From: Felis catus
Lineage: Eukaryota
NCBI RefSeq assembly: GCF_018350175.1
Contig: NC_058368.1
Span: forward strand, 215,514,001-215,578,000
Direction of reading: 5' to 3'
Length of the DNA: 64,000 nt
The stretch's first letter is position 1. Every line of letters begins with the position of its first letter. Positions 26,741-39,710 of the stretch are shown one piece after another. Made by a program: the position numbers and the translations under genes. The notes beneath the pieces are model-generated. The model ran no database searches. It was given only the letters and a program-made list of their open reading frames with translations, and was not told the origin of the DNA.

Positions 26741-27754
26741 CATGAAGTTATATCTTATATGTCAAAACAAAATAATAAAGGCTGGAAAGATGGCAGAATA
26801 GGAGGACCGTAAGCTCACCTCGTCCTGAATACAACTAGATAACACAGCAGCATAAATAACCCGGAAAAATGACCTAAAGCATGTCAGAACAAACTCCCCA
26901 ATTGAGATAGAGAAGAGGCAACATCCAAGGGGGCTAGGAAGGGCAGAGACATAGTCTACAGACTTTCAGGACTGTGTGTTGGGGGGGAGCTGTGAGCTTA
27001 TCTCAGACATGTCTGGAGGAGAAGGAATCAAGGGAAGACCCCTCAAGGAATAAGGGAGTAGACAAGCACCATTTTCCTCCCTTGGACCCCAGTGTAAACA
27101 CATGGCAACCTGGGGGAACCAGCACAATGCCAACATTCACTACCTGCTATGTTTATACCAAGTCCTTCCCCACCCATGCTTCAGCGGATCTGCCCTTTCC
27201 AGTCACACTTGCCTCAGTTATAGCATTTTGGTTTCTTTCCCCTAGAAACCAGCACACACATTGCCAATACTGCATCTCTAGACCAGTGTGCTTTGCAAGG
27301 CATCTGTCCCTGTAGTGGCAGTGGTGACAGGTACTTTGGGAGCCTGAGGTGCACCTTGCTAAGAGTGCATCCACCACCCAGACAGTCCTGGTTCCTACAT
27401 TAGTGGCCACAGGTCAAATTTCACAAGCAGACCAGCAAGTACCTTGTTAAAATTATATGTCCCACCCTGGCTGGGGACCAACCACTGCTCACAATAAGCA
27501 AAGAGAGCCTATGCAGATTACTGGACTAGAGGAAAAAGTGGCTAGGACATAACAGTAAGGTACACACAAAATACATAGGAGACATCCCTTGAAATGCCAT
27601 GTTCCTCAGACACTGCACTTCAGGACACTACAGGACCTCTTCTTTAGAAAGCCATTACTTTCAAGAGCAAGAGACATAGCTGTCTTCCTAACACAGAGAA
27701 CAGACACAGAGAGTTAGACAAAATGGGAAGACAGAGGTATATGTCCCAAATGAA

Positions 27755-27960
27755 GGGGTGCTGGGTGGCTCGGTTGGGCGGCAAACTTCGGCTCAGGTCA
27801 TGATATTGCGGTCCATGAGTTCAAGCCCCACATCAGGCTCTGTGCTGACAGATCAGAACCTGGAGCCTGCTTCAGATTCTGTGTCCCACCTCTCTCTCTG
27901 CCCCTCCCCCACTCGTGCTCTGTCTCTGTCTCTCAAAAATAAATGTTAAAAAAAATTAAA
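27755..27960 (+). mobile_element. Can-SINE in L1 ORF1
   Basis: SINE body; no TSD seen. Confidence 0.9.
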
Positions 27961-28762
27961 AATACACTAGATGGAACAAATAGCAGGATAGAAGAAGCAG
28001 AGAAACCAATTAGTGACCTGCAAGAAAGAGTAATGCAAAGTAATCAAACTGAGCAGGTGAGAGGCGGAAAAAAAAAAAAGAAAAGATAAAAGCAAGAATA
28101 GACTTACGGAACTTAGAGATTCCACCAAGCATAATAACAAAAAAGAGCAAGATCAGAGAAAATACCAAAAATAGCCACAGGGGAAGTAATAACATGGCAA
28201 TAAATACATACCTATCAATAATTATGTTGAATGCAAATGGACTATAAGCTCCAATCAAAAGACATAGGCTTACAGAATGAATTAATAAACAGAACCTGTC
28301 TATATGCTGTTTATAAGAGACCTATTTCAGACCTCAAGATGCATGCAGATTGAAAGCGAGGGGATAAAGAAATATTTATCATGCAAATAGTTTCGAAAGA
28401 AAGCCAGGCTAGCAATACTTCTATTAGACCAAAAAATTTTAAAATAAGGACTGTAACAAGTAACAAAAATGGACACTATGTAATAAACAGAACCCGGTAA
28501 GAAGACATAACAATTGTATATATTTATTCACTCAACATAGAAGCCACCAAATACATAGAACAGTTAATAACAAACAAAGGAACTATTATTTGAGAGTAAT
28601 ACAGTAATAGTAGGGGATGTTAACACCATACTTATGGTGTGGACAAATCATCCACCATTTGGATCCATCCATCCATCATTTGGATGATTAATGGACAAAT
28701 CATCCAAACTGAAAATTAACAAGGAAACAGTGGCTTTGAACAACCTACTGGACAAGATGGAT

Positions 28763-28809
28763 TTATATATATATGATGTATATAAATAATATATAATATA
28801 GATATAGAT

Positions 28810-28855
<46 letters not shown>
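28763..28855. repeat. (TA)n microsatellite
   Basis: Long TA run. Confidence 0.95.
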
Positions 28856-28859
<4 letters not shown>

Positions 28860-29024
28860 ATTCCATCCTAAACCAGAAAAATACACATTCTTTTAGAAGT
28901 GCACCTTGGATGTCCTCTATGACGGATCACCTTTTAAGATAGAAAACAAGTCTCAACAAATTTAAAAAGATCAAAGCTATACCAAGCATCTTTTCTGACC
29001 ACAACACTACAAAATTAAAAATCA

Positions 29025-29235
29025 GGGCACCTGGGTGGTTCAGCCAGTTAAGCAGACGACTTTGGCTCAGGTCATGTTCTCATGGTTCACGAGTTTGAGC
29101 CCCACATCAGGCTCTGCACTGACAGTTCAGAGCCTGTAGCCCGATTCAGATTCTGTGTCTCCTTCTCTCTCTGCCCCTCCCCCACTCATGCTCTGTCTCT
29201 CTCTCAAAAATAAATTTTTAAAAAAACATTAAAAA
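29025..29235 (+). mobile_element. Can-SINE
   Basis: SINE body; attaaaaatca flanks both sides. Confidence 0.9.
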
Positions 29236-32200
29236 ATAGGTGAAAAAATTTTAAAGCATTAAAAATCAACTCCAAGAAAAAAAAAATTGGAAAGACCACA
29301 AACACGTGGAGGTTAAAAAACATGCTACTCAACAATGCATGGGTTAACCAAGAAATCAAAGAAATCAAAAATTACATGGAGAGAAATGAAAATGAAACCA
29401 CAACAGTCCAAAATCTTTGGATGCAGCAAAAGTAGTTTTAAGAGGAAAGCTTGTAGCAATACAGGCGTATATTAAGAAGCAAGAATAAACTCAAATAAAC
29501 AACTTAATCATATACCTAAAGAAGGGAGAAAAAGAACAAAACCCAAAACGAGCAGAAAGGACATAATAAAGATCATAGCAGAAATATATAGAAAGAGAGA
29601 GAGAGAGAACAGATCAATGCAATGAGCAGCTGGTTCTTTGAAAAGATCAACAAAATTTATAAACCTCTAGACAGACTTATAAAAAATAAGAGAGTGGAAG
29701 AGGGAGATCAAGAGGGAAAGAGAGAGAGGTCGGAGGGTGGGGAGGACTGAAACAAAATCAGAAATGAAATAACAACTGACATAAAAAAAATACAAAGGAT
29801 TGTAAGAACATATTATGAGAAATTATATGCCAACAAATTGGACAACCTAGAAAAAACGAATAAATTACTAAAAAAATATGATCTAAATATGAAGCAGGAA
29901 GAAATAGAAATTTTGAACAGAGTGATTAGTAGCAATGAAATTGTATCAGTAATCATAAAGTTTCCAACAGACAAAATCAAGGACTGGATGGCTTTTCAAG
30001 TGAATCCTAACAAACATTGAAAGAAGAGTTAATATCTATTCTTTTCATACTATCAAAAAAAAAAATAGAAGAGGAAGGAAGACTTCCAAATTTATTCTAG
30101 GAGGTCAGTATTACCCTGATACCAACATCATGTAAAGACACAACAAAAAAAGAGAACTAAAAGCCAATATTTTTGGTGAACATAAATGCCAAAATCCTCA
30201 ACAAAATGCCAGCAAACTAAATCCAACAAAACATTAAAATAATTATTCACCACGATCAAGTGGGCTATATTCCCAGGATGCAAATATTGTTCAATATTTG
30301 CAAATCAATAAACGCAATACATCACATCAATAAGAGAAAGGATAAAACCCATATATTTTTTTGATAGATGCAGAACAAGCAGTTGACAAAGGACAACATC
30401 CCTTCATGATAAAGCCCTCAGCAAAGCAGGTCTAGAAGGAACACACATCAACAAAATAAAGACCATATATGAAAAATACCCATAGAGAACATCATTCTCA
30501 ATGACAGAGACCTGAGAGCTTTTCCTCTAAAATCAGGACCAAGACAAAGATGTCTACTTTCACCACTTTTATTCAACATAGTACTGGAAGTCCTAGCCAC
30601 AGAAATCAGACAACAAAAAGAAATTAAGTCATTCAAATTGGTAAGGAAGAAGTAAAACTTTCACTATTTCCAGATGACATGTTACTGTGTATAGAAAACA
30701 ATAAAGATCCCGCCAAAAACGACCTAAACTGATAAATGTTTTCAGTCAAGTCGTAATATATAAAACCAATGTACAGAAATCCATTAAATTTCTATACACT
30801 AATAATGAAGCAGTAGAAAGAAAAATGAAGAAAGCAATCTCATTCACAATTACACTAAAAACAGTAAAATGCCTAGGAATAAACTTCAGCAAGGAGGTGA
30901 AAGACCTATTCTCTGAAAACTAGAAAATATTGATGAAAGAAATTGAAGAGGGCACAAATGGAAAGACATTCCATGCTCATGAACTGAAAGGACATATAAT
31001 ATTAAAATGTTTATACTACCCAAAGCAATCTACAAACTTAATGCAATCCCTATCAAAACACCAACAGCATTTTCCACAGAACTAGAACAATCCTAAAATT
31101 TCTATAGAACCACAAAAGACTCCAAATAGCTAAAGCAATCGTGAAAAAAAAAAGACAAAACTGGAGGTATCAAAATTGCAGACTTCAAGTTATATGATAG
31201 AGCTGTTGTAATCAATATAGTATGATACTGGCACAAAAAATATACTAACATATCAATGGAAAAGAATGGAATGCCCAGAAATAAATCCACAGTTATATGG
31301 TCAATTAATCCTTATCAAAGGAGGAAAGAATAACCAATGGGAAAAAATAGTCTTTTCAACAAATATTAGGAAAACTGGACTACAAGACTGAAACCGGACC
31401 ACTTTCTTCTACCATACACAAAAATAAACTGAAAATTGATTAAGGACCTAAAAATGAGACCTGAAACCTTGAAAATCCTAGAGGAGAACACAGGCAGTAA
31501 TTTCTCTGACATTGGTTGTAGCAACATCTTTCCAGATATATCTCCTGAGGCAAGGGGAACACAATCAAAAATACACAACTGAGAGTACATCAGAATAAAA
31601 AGTTTCTGCGTGGCAAAAGGAATGACCAACAAAACTAAAAGACAACACACTGAATGGGAGAAGATATTTGCAAATGACATATCCTATAAAGAGGTATTAT
31701 CTAAAGTATATAAATAACTTATTCAATTCAACACCAAAATAATAATAATAATCCAACTGAAAATGGGCCAAAGACACGTGAAAAGATGTACAACATTACT
31801 CAGAATCAGGGAAATGCATATCAAAACCACAATTTGCCATCACCTCCCACTTGTCAGAATGGCTAAAATAAAAAACTCAAGAAAAAACATATGTTGGTAA
31901 GGATGTGGAGGAAAAAAGAGTCCTGCTGCAGTGTTGGTAGGAATGCAAACTGACGTAACCACTGTGCAAGAGGTTCCCCCAAAAATTAAAAAATTGAAGT
32001 ACCCTACACCAGGAATCACACCCACACTAGTGAGTATTTGCTCAAAGAATATGAAAACACTAATTTGAAAACATATATGCACCCTTATATTTATTGCCAC
32101 GTTATTTACAATAACCAAACTATGGAAGCAGTCCAAGACTGCTTATTATCCATTGATATATAAACTGATAAAGAAAATATGGTGTGTATATATGTGTGTA

Positions 32201-32781
32201 TGTGTGCATGTGTATTACACACAATGAAACGTTATTCAGCCATAAAGAAGAACAAAATCTTACCATTTGCAACAACATGGACAGATCTAGAGAATATATG
32301 CTAAGTGAAATAAGTCAGAGAAATACAAATACTATTTCACTTACATGTGGAACGTAAGAAACAAAATAAATAAACAAAGGTAAATAATGGACAAACCAAA
32401 AATAGACTTTTAACCAAAAGAACAGATGGGTACTATAGGGGAGCTGGATGAGGGGATGGGTGAGATAAATGAAGTGGATTAAGAGTATACTTACGTTGTT
32501 GAGCAGTGAGTGACATGTTGAACTGTTGAATCCTTACATTTTACACATGAAACTAATATAACACTGTATGTTAACCATACTGGAATTAAAATTTTAAAAA
32601 TGGGCAGATAAAAAAAACACAATTACAAAAGAAAAATTGATAGTTTGAGCTGCATGAACTTTTCAAACAATCTTCTTCAAAAGACATGATCAGGAAGCTG
32701 AAAAAAAGCAGAATGGAAGATTACATTAGCAAATCATATGTCTAATAAGTAACTAGTGCTCAGAATATAAAAATTACTCTT

Positions 32782-33281
32782 GGGGCACCTGGGTAGCCCA
32801 GTTGGTTAAAGTCCATCTTCGGGTCAGCTCATGATCTCATGGCCACACAGGTGCCCCAGAAAGACTAACTTGATTTTAAATTTTGGTTTCTATACAATAA
32901 AGATTATTTTCAAACTTGTACTGAATCTAGACAAAAAAGTCCTGTCCTTCTTCTAGGAGAAATGATAGCTGCTTGTTATTTTAATAAGCTTAGTCAAGTG
33001 GAATTCTTCCTATTTAAAACTCACTGTAGTTCTGTGATTAAAAATAATACATATTGTCAGAGTGCCTGTCAGTCATTTGAGCATCTGACTTTGGCTCAGG
33101 TAATGATCTTGTGATTTGTGGGTTTGAGTCCCACAAGGGGCTTTGTGCTGACAAATCAGAGCCTGAAGCCTGCTTCAGATTCTGTGTCTCCCTCTCTCTC
33201 TGCCCCTCCCCAGCTCATGATCTGTCTCTCTCTTTCTCTCTCTCCCCTCTCTCTCTCAAAAATAAAGACTAATTTTTTTTT
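32782..33281 (+). mobile_element. Composite SINE insertion (SINE head + inverted SINE tip + unique DNA + SINE)
   Basis: Parts at 32782-32841, 32842-32857, 32858-33058 and 33059-33270; host L1 resumes at actcttacaactc. Confidence 0.75.
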
Positions 33282-34308
33282 AATTTAAACTCTTACAACT
33301 CAACGTTAAAAAGACTCAATTGAAATGTGACAAAATATTCGAATAGATGTTCTTGTAAAGAAAATATATAAATGACCAATAATCACATGCAAAGATGCTC
33401 AACATCTTTAGTCAATAGTAAAATAGATATCAAAAATACAGTGTAGGTGTGACATCACATAAAATGGTAGAATAGGAATCTTCAGGCATTGGTTTCTCCA
33501 CTAAACATTTTAGCTGAAAAAAATTATAAAAATCAACAATCTTGGAACTCTAGAACCTGATCAGATACAGTTATGATGGGAATGCTAAATCAAGGAAGAG
33601 TCTGCATAGTTTTGGTAAGAGAACAACATGTACAAAACCTGCTACCCTTCCCCATTTGTCAGGTTTACTTCAACCATAAAGACAGTGGTCCACATTCCTA
33701 GGTTGGCTGGTGTTAAGATAGGAAGAAACAACTTTGTCCTCCAAAATTTGGGGTTGTATGTTTTGGTCAATCTAGCAGTTCCAAGATATCAATGCAGACA
33801 CCTGCCTTTGTTTTGATCCCTTCAGTTTGTAGCAACTTCCCTCCCAGCCTTTGTTGTAAGAGTCAAAGAAACACCCTTTTTAATTAATTAATTAATTCAT
33901 TCATTCATTCATTTACTTATGTCTCTTGACATTTATGGACATCTATGCCAGGTTACAGGCTGACCGAAGAGATAATGGGCAGAAACATCAGTGATCCCAC
34001 ATGACAAGGAAAACAGACTAAGCAAAGTTATTGTGGAAAAGAAACTATGCAAAATGATGATGCAACTTTCAATAAGCAATGAAAGCAATCCATGATGAGA
34101 GAAAGAAGATGCTTTGCAGCCTTACTGAATTAGTGGTACTCAAGATGTCCAGTTATCATTAAAAAAATCAAAGTAAACAAAGAAATGGGAAATATGAATC
34201 ATTCACAGAAAAAATGCGACACGTTCTGAGGAAGCCCTGACACTGACATTACTAGTTAGTGTCTATATTAACTGCCTTAAATATGCTCAGTGTGCTAGAG
34301 AGAACCAT

Positions 34309-34372
34309 GGGAAGGAAGGAAGGAAGGAAGGAAGGAAGGAAGGAAGGAAGGAAGGAAGGAAAGAAAGAAAAA

Positions 34373-34432
<60 letters not shown>

Positions 34433-34460
34433 AAAAGAAAAAGAAAGGAAAGAAGAGAAA
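34309..34460. repeat. Compound (GGAA)n(GAAA)n microsatellite
   Basis: About 150 bp pure-purine tract. Confidence 0.97.
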
Positions 34461-35738
34461 AAGAAATTATAAAAAGTTGTTTGAACAAATAGAGAATGTT
34501 AACAAAGAGAAATTGTGAAAGAAAACAAATAGAATTTCTAGACCTGAAATTACAGAATTCTGGTACTGAAGGTAAAATAGTGAAGATATAAATTTCACTA
34601 GAGGAATTCAACAGCAGATTTTAGCAGGGAGAAGAAAGAATCAGGAAAAGTTGAACATAAAGTATTCCTAGGAGCAGAAAAAAGTTAAGAACAATTAATA
34701 GAACTTGAGAGACCTGTGGGGCACCATCAAATGCATCTATATATACCTAATGGTAGTTCCAAGAGGAGAAAAAAGAAAAGGAGAGAAAAAAAACATATTT
34801 GAAGGAAGAGTGGCATAAAACTTCCCAAATTGGATAAAATATATGCATATACATGTCCAAGAAGCTCAATGAACTCCAGCCATGAAAAACTCAGAGACAC
34901 ATTAGAGTCAAATTGCCAAAAAGACAAAAACAAAGAATCTTGAAAAGCAGCAAGAAGGAAGTAAATCATATGTACAAGGGACCATGAATAAGATTAACAG
35001 CTACTTTCTCATTGAAAAAAATAAAATAAAATAAGACCAGAATTGGATGGCAAAGTTAAAGTGCTGAAGATGAAAAACAAAACAAAAACAAAACCTGTCA
35101 ACCAAATATTCTGTATCTGGAAAACTGTCCTTTAAGGATGAGGGGGGAAGGGGAATTAAGACATTCTTGGATAAACAAATGATAAGAAATTCTTTACTAG
35201 TAGACCTTTCATATAAGAAATATTAAAGGGAACCAGGCAGAAATGGAATGATATTAGACAGTAACTTGAAGCTATATTAAGAAAGGACACTAATTTAGGT
35301 AACTGCATAAGTAAACATAAAGCCAGTGTTATTGCATATTTAGCGTGTAACTCCTCTTTATCTCCTATGTGATTTAAACATATTAATATTTACACACACA
35401 TAGAAACATGCAATCTGTGACAATAACAAAATAAAGAAGGTGAGATGGAGATATATTTAAAAAAATGTTTACATACTATTGAAGCTAAGTTGTAAAATTC
35501 GAAGTATATTATTACATTTAAGATATTACTTGCATTCTCCAAGATAACTACTAAAAATATAACTAAATATATGCAAAATGGAAAGAATAAGAGTCAAAAT
35601 ATTATACAACAAAAAAATTAACTAGGTACAAATAAAGTGATGAAGAAATTGAGAAAAAGCATGTACAATATACAAAAAACAAATAGCTATATGGAAAAAG
35701 TCCTTCCTTAACAAAAATTACTTAAAAAATAAATGGGA

Positions 35739-35930
35739 GGGGCGCCTCGATAGTCAGTTAAGCAACTAATTCTTGGTTTCAACTCAGGACATGATCTCAC
35801 AGTTTATGAGTTCGAGCCCCGTGTTGGGCTCTGCACTAACAGCATGGAGCCTGCTTGGGATTCTCTGTCTCTCTCTGCCTCTCTCCTGCGCATGGTCTCT
35901 CTCAAAAATAAAATAAATAAACATTTAAAA
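35739..35930 (+). mobile_element. Can-SINE
   Basis: SINE body; TSD aaaaataaatggga. Confidence 0.9.
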
Positions 35931-36075
35931 ATAATAATTAAATAAAAATAAATGGGAAAAATTCAATTAAAGGGCAGAGATTTACAGAATAAATTTTAAA
36001 ACAAGGTCTATCTGTACGCTTTCTATAAGAAATTCTGTTTAAATACAAAAACAGAAATTGAAAGATTAGCAACCT

Positions 36076-36594
36076 TGTCAGTTAACACTTATGAAGTAGA
36101 ACAGAGTAGGCAGATGGTGAGCTGAGTTTCAACAACAGAATACAAGAGGAACTAAAATAGAGAAGTTTACTACTCATGAGTCCTGGAGGAAGTACCCAAC
36201 ATACCTTGAAAGGCCACATGGGGAGAGATGAAGACATAGACAGACATGGGGACACATGCCTTCACTAGACTCCATGGGTGAAGTGCTATGGGGTTTCTAG
36301 CCTAAGGGTGGGTTGGTCAATTCAATCCAAAAGACCAGGTAAGTTTGGTAAGTTACATGAGGATCTTTTCTAAGGTGCACAGAAGAAGGCAGCACTGGGA
36401 GAATGTTGATTACAAGGGCTATTGGGAAGGTAGCATCAAAAACATATATTCACTTGTGACTCTGCAGGCTGCTCTCAAAGGCATGCATTTACATGAAGGA
36501 GCCAGTGTCACTTTAATATGATTACTTTTTGGCCATACAAAATGGATGACAGGGCAGTAATATCATGGAGTAGCTTAGGTAAACTCTTCATACA
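36076..36594. mobile_element. Probable solo LTR (family not identified)
   Basis: TG...CA ends, near-matching 5-bp TSD aacct/atcct, interrupts L1. Confidence 0.55.
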
Positions 36595-36599
36595 ATCCT

Positions 36600-37420
36600 G
36601 TGAAAAAATGAAAAAAAGTCCTTGGATTAAACATTCTCCAGAGAAGATATACAAATGGCCAATAAGCCCAAAAAGATGCTCAGTGTCGTTAGTCACTTAG
36701 GGAAATGCAAATTTAAACCACAATGAGATATAACTTCACACCTATTAGGATGGCTATAATTTACAAAATGAAAACAAGTGTTGGCAAGGATGTGGAGACA
36801 TTTGAACCCTCATATATTGCTTATGGGACCATAAAATGCCACGGCTATAAAGAAAGATAGTTGGAGATGCTTCAGAATGTTTATCAGAAAGTTACTATAT
36901 GGTCCAGCAATTTTCAGAAATTCCACCAAAAGTAAATTAAACACATAGGTTCACATAAATACTTGCACACAAATTTTTATAGTAGTATTTCTCAGAATAG
37001 CCAAAAGGTGTAACAATCCAAATATCTGTCAACTGATGAATATATAAACAGAATATAGCATATCCATATAATATTATTTAGCCATAAGAGTGTAAGAAGC
37101 ATTGATCCATGCTATAGCAATAATGAATCTTGAAAACATCATGATAAGTGAAACTAGACACAAAAAGTTAGACATTGCATGATTTTATTTGCATATGATG
37201 TTCAGAATAGGCGGGTCCACAAGGACAGACCGTAGATTACTGGTTGTTAGGTAGAGAGGGTATGTGTGGAGTAACTGCTAATGGGTACATTGGTTCCTTT
37301 GAGGGTGTTAAAAATGGGCAATTAGTGGTAATGGTTTTATAGTGATGTACTAAAATCCATTGTAAATTGTACAGTGTACAAAGGTAAATCTTCCAGTGTG
37401 TGACTACACTTCAATTAAAA
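36600..37420 (+). mobile_element. L1MB-like ORF2 end and 3'UTR
   Basis: gggaaatgcaaatttaaaccacaatgagata...aactgctaatgggtac...cttcaattaaaa. Confidence 0.85.
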
Positions 37421-37646
37421 ATGAATGAATACATACATGTATTTTATCCCGTCATCCAGTTGAAAGAGAAGTTACATTTTCAGAATAACCATGAATACTT
37501 AATCCTACATCATCAGGATGGTCCTAGTCACAACAATCTTTATGTTCTATGTTTAGTGTTCAAATAAATAGCCATTAGAATTCTGAGGTGGCAAGATGTG
37601 AGATGTAATTGGCTTTCCATCATTGCAAAGCTGATTATGTACATAC

Positions 37647-37738
37647 TTTTGAGCTGGTGATGTTCTTAAATGAGGGAAGATAGAGAAGAGCAATTCTCTT
37701 GTCCAAAAATGCACAAATACTCTTTAATCATCTTCTTC
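37647..37738 (-). pseudogene. Candidate decayed EF-hand exon
   Basis: AG acceptor and AAA|GTATGT donor; reads KKMIKEYLCIFGQENCSSLSS; weak match. Confidence 0.28.
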
Positions 37739-37789
37739 CTACACACAGCTCTGAGATTGAATTGGATTAGAGGAGGATATTTTCTCATA

Positions 37790-38245
37790 CAGTAGTCCCC
37801 CTTTATCCATGGGGGATACATTTCAAGACCTCTAGTGGATGCTTAAAACCACAAATAGTGCTGAACTCTGTATATACTATGTTTGTTTCCCCCATACATA
37901 CATATATATGATAAAGTTTTATAAATTAGGCACAGTAAGAGATTAATAAAAATAATAAAATACAAGAGTTATAATAATATGCTGTAATAAAAGTTGTGTG
38001 AATGTGATCTCCAATCTCTCTCAAAATATTGTAGTGTACTCCCCCTTCTTGTAATGATGTGCAGTGATAAAAATGCCCACATGATGAGCTGAAGTAAGGT
38101 GAATGACATAGGTATTTTGACGTAGCATTAGGCTAATACTGACCTAACAGAATATCAGAATGACGATTGTCTGCTTTTGGACCATGGTTAATAGTTGGTA
38201 ACTGAAACTGTGGAAAGCAAAACAAACCATGCATGAGAGGAATAT
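37790..38245. mobile_element. MER44-like (Tigger7-derived) DNA transposon
   Basis: TA + cagtagtccccctttatccatgggggatac TIR; ggtaactgaaactgtggaaagcaaaac end. Confidence 0.85.
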
Positions 38246-38329
38246 CTAAAACAAATATCCCTCCAAGTCTGCTAGTGGAAAATGAGTTTTACTGTATCTT
38301 CTTAGGTGTTAAAAAAAATCTTAAGTATT

Positions 38330-38545
38330 GGGGCACCTGGGTGGCTCAGTCTCTTAAGCTCCAACTTCAGCTCAGGTCATGATCTCATGGTTCATGAGTT
38401 TGAGCCCCACATCGGGCTCTGTGCTGACAGCATGGAGCCTGGAGCCTGCTTCAGATTCTGACTTCCTCTTTCTCTGCCCTTCCCCTGCTCATGCTCTGTC
38501 TCTCTGTCTCTCTCTCTCTCAAAAATAAATAAACATTAAAAAACT
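38330..38545 (+). mobile_element. Can-SINE
   Basis: TSD cttaagtattg. Confidence 0.92.
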
Positions 38546-38764
38546 TAAGTATTGCACCCAAACATAATGTTTTTGATGTTATTAAGAAAGGCAATTTATA
38601 AAAGCTCCCAACATAATAGTACATAAGCATGCATTTAGGAGTTTAGAGGAACACAGTGTCAACAACAATGTCCTTAGGTGATTTCTTAAAAAAAAAAAAA
38701 TTCAATGTGAATGTCTTTACTCTGTTTAGATTTCCCATGTTAGAAGAATCTGTTTTAAAAATAG

Positions 38765-39390
38765 CACTTATTGCTCTAATTCCCCTAATTTAATGTCTGG
38801 AAGTTGCCCACTTGTAACAATGTAAATACCAAATTATTCCATCTTATTGTCATTGCTTCATTAATTTTCTGCAGGTTAAATGCATTTTAGATCATACCTT
38901 CAAGTTTCACATTATATCAGCATTTTTCTAGCTCTTATTTAATACAAGCAATTTAATCAAAATGTTGCAAGTGAAATTACAGTACAGTGAAGGGAATTTT
39001 TTTTTATTATTATCTTGTACCTCCCACAGGTTATCGTACATAAAGTGTTCAGCATTTCCTAAATGGTACTACTGTGTTTTCACACTAATGCGGCTAATAT
39101 TTGGATGCTGTGGCTTGGGAAATAAAATAAGACCTCATAATTGCCATCAAACTCTTAGAATCTTCACAATCTAAATCCTATTCTGAATATTTATTTAGAT
39201 AACGGCAGCCGTTCTTTAAATGGGAAGCTGCATTAACCTTTGAACTATTTGACTCAGGGATACACTCAAAAATCTCATTAACAGAGAAGCCACTCCATGC
39301 CCAAAGTTTTTATTTTTGTATTATTACTTCTATATCTCTTGGTTATGTCTTTTCCTCCTGTTGACTTACTCTCAGGGCTTCTCCCCTTAC
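38765..39390 (-). pseudogene. Cluster of candidate decayed EF-hand exons
   Basis: Reads DIEVIIQK*..SVNEIFECIPESNSSKVNAASHLK (about 39190-39340), NAEHFMYDNLWE (about 39021-39058) and KINEAMTIRWNNLVFTLLQVGNFQ/IKLGELEQ (about 38770-38868). Confidence 0.4.
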
Positions 39391-39710
39391 CTATAAGGGT
39401 AAGGCAGTGACGTCTAGTGTGACATCACTTTAGCCTCATGTCCAGTAGGGAGAGTAAGCAGGTCCCCTGGGTCTGACTTTCTCTTACACTAATGAGGATA
39501 GGGACTGTGACCAAAGGGATAGGAGGAGTTTATTCCTTTTAACAAATCGCCTGCTTGTAAAGTTGAGTATGGAGTAAGTCTATCTGAACTGTGTGAACTA
39601 AAGCTAAGGCATAAGTAGTTTCCCACTGAAATGTATGTATTATTCTATCAGGATATGAGTACATTAATTTAGGAAGAAATAGAAAACAGTGATGCCAAAT
39701 ACTTTGGTGA

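Larger units (their letters stand above)
26780..32600 (+). mobile_element. Carnivore L1 with 5'UTR, largely deleted ORF1, decayed ORF2 and 3'UTR
   Basis: ggaaagatggcagaataggagg 5' start; ORF2 start atggcaataaatacatacctatcaataatt; RT ...gatgacatg; 3'UTR and tail; diverged TSD aaaaca(a/c)aat(a/t)a. Confidence 0.92.
20830..33445 (+). mobile_element. Old, near full-length L1 host (5'UTR, ORF1, ORF2), degenerate, split by L1 26780-32600 and several SINEs
   Basis: Colinear L1 landmarks from 21 to 26.7 kb resume at about 32605. Confidence 0.8.
33446..36070 (+). mobile_element. Old L1 5'UTR, ORF1 and start of ORF2
   Basis: aaaatggtagaatagg 5' start; ORF1 gaatcttgaaaagcagcaag; endonuclease start. 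Confidence 0.75.

Noticed and set aside
26780..32600. Potentially active full-length L1
   Set aside because: ORF1 is mostly deleted, and ORF2 has many stops, frameshifts and SINE or microsatellite insertions.
34259..34492. Lys/Arg/Glu-rich ORF
   Set aside because: It is simply the translation of the (GGAA)/(GAAA) microsatellite.
38998..39174. Plus-strand acceptor (cctcccacag) with a short ORF
   Set aside because: No matching donor or recognisable protein; the minus-strand reading explains the region better.
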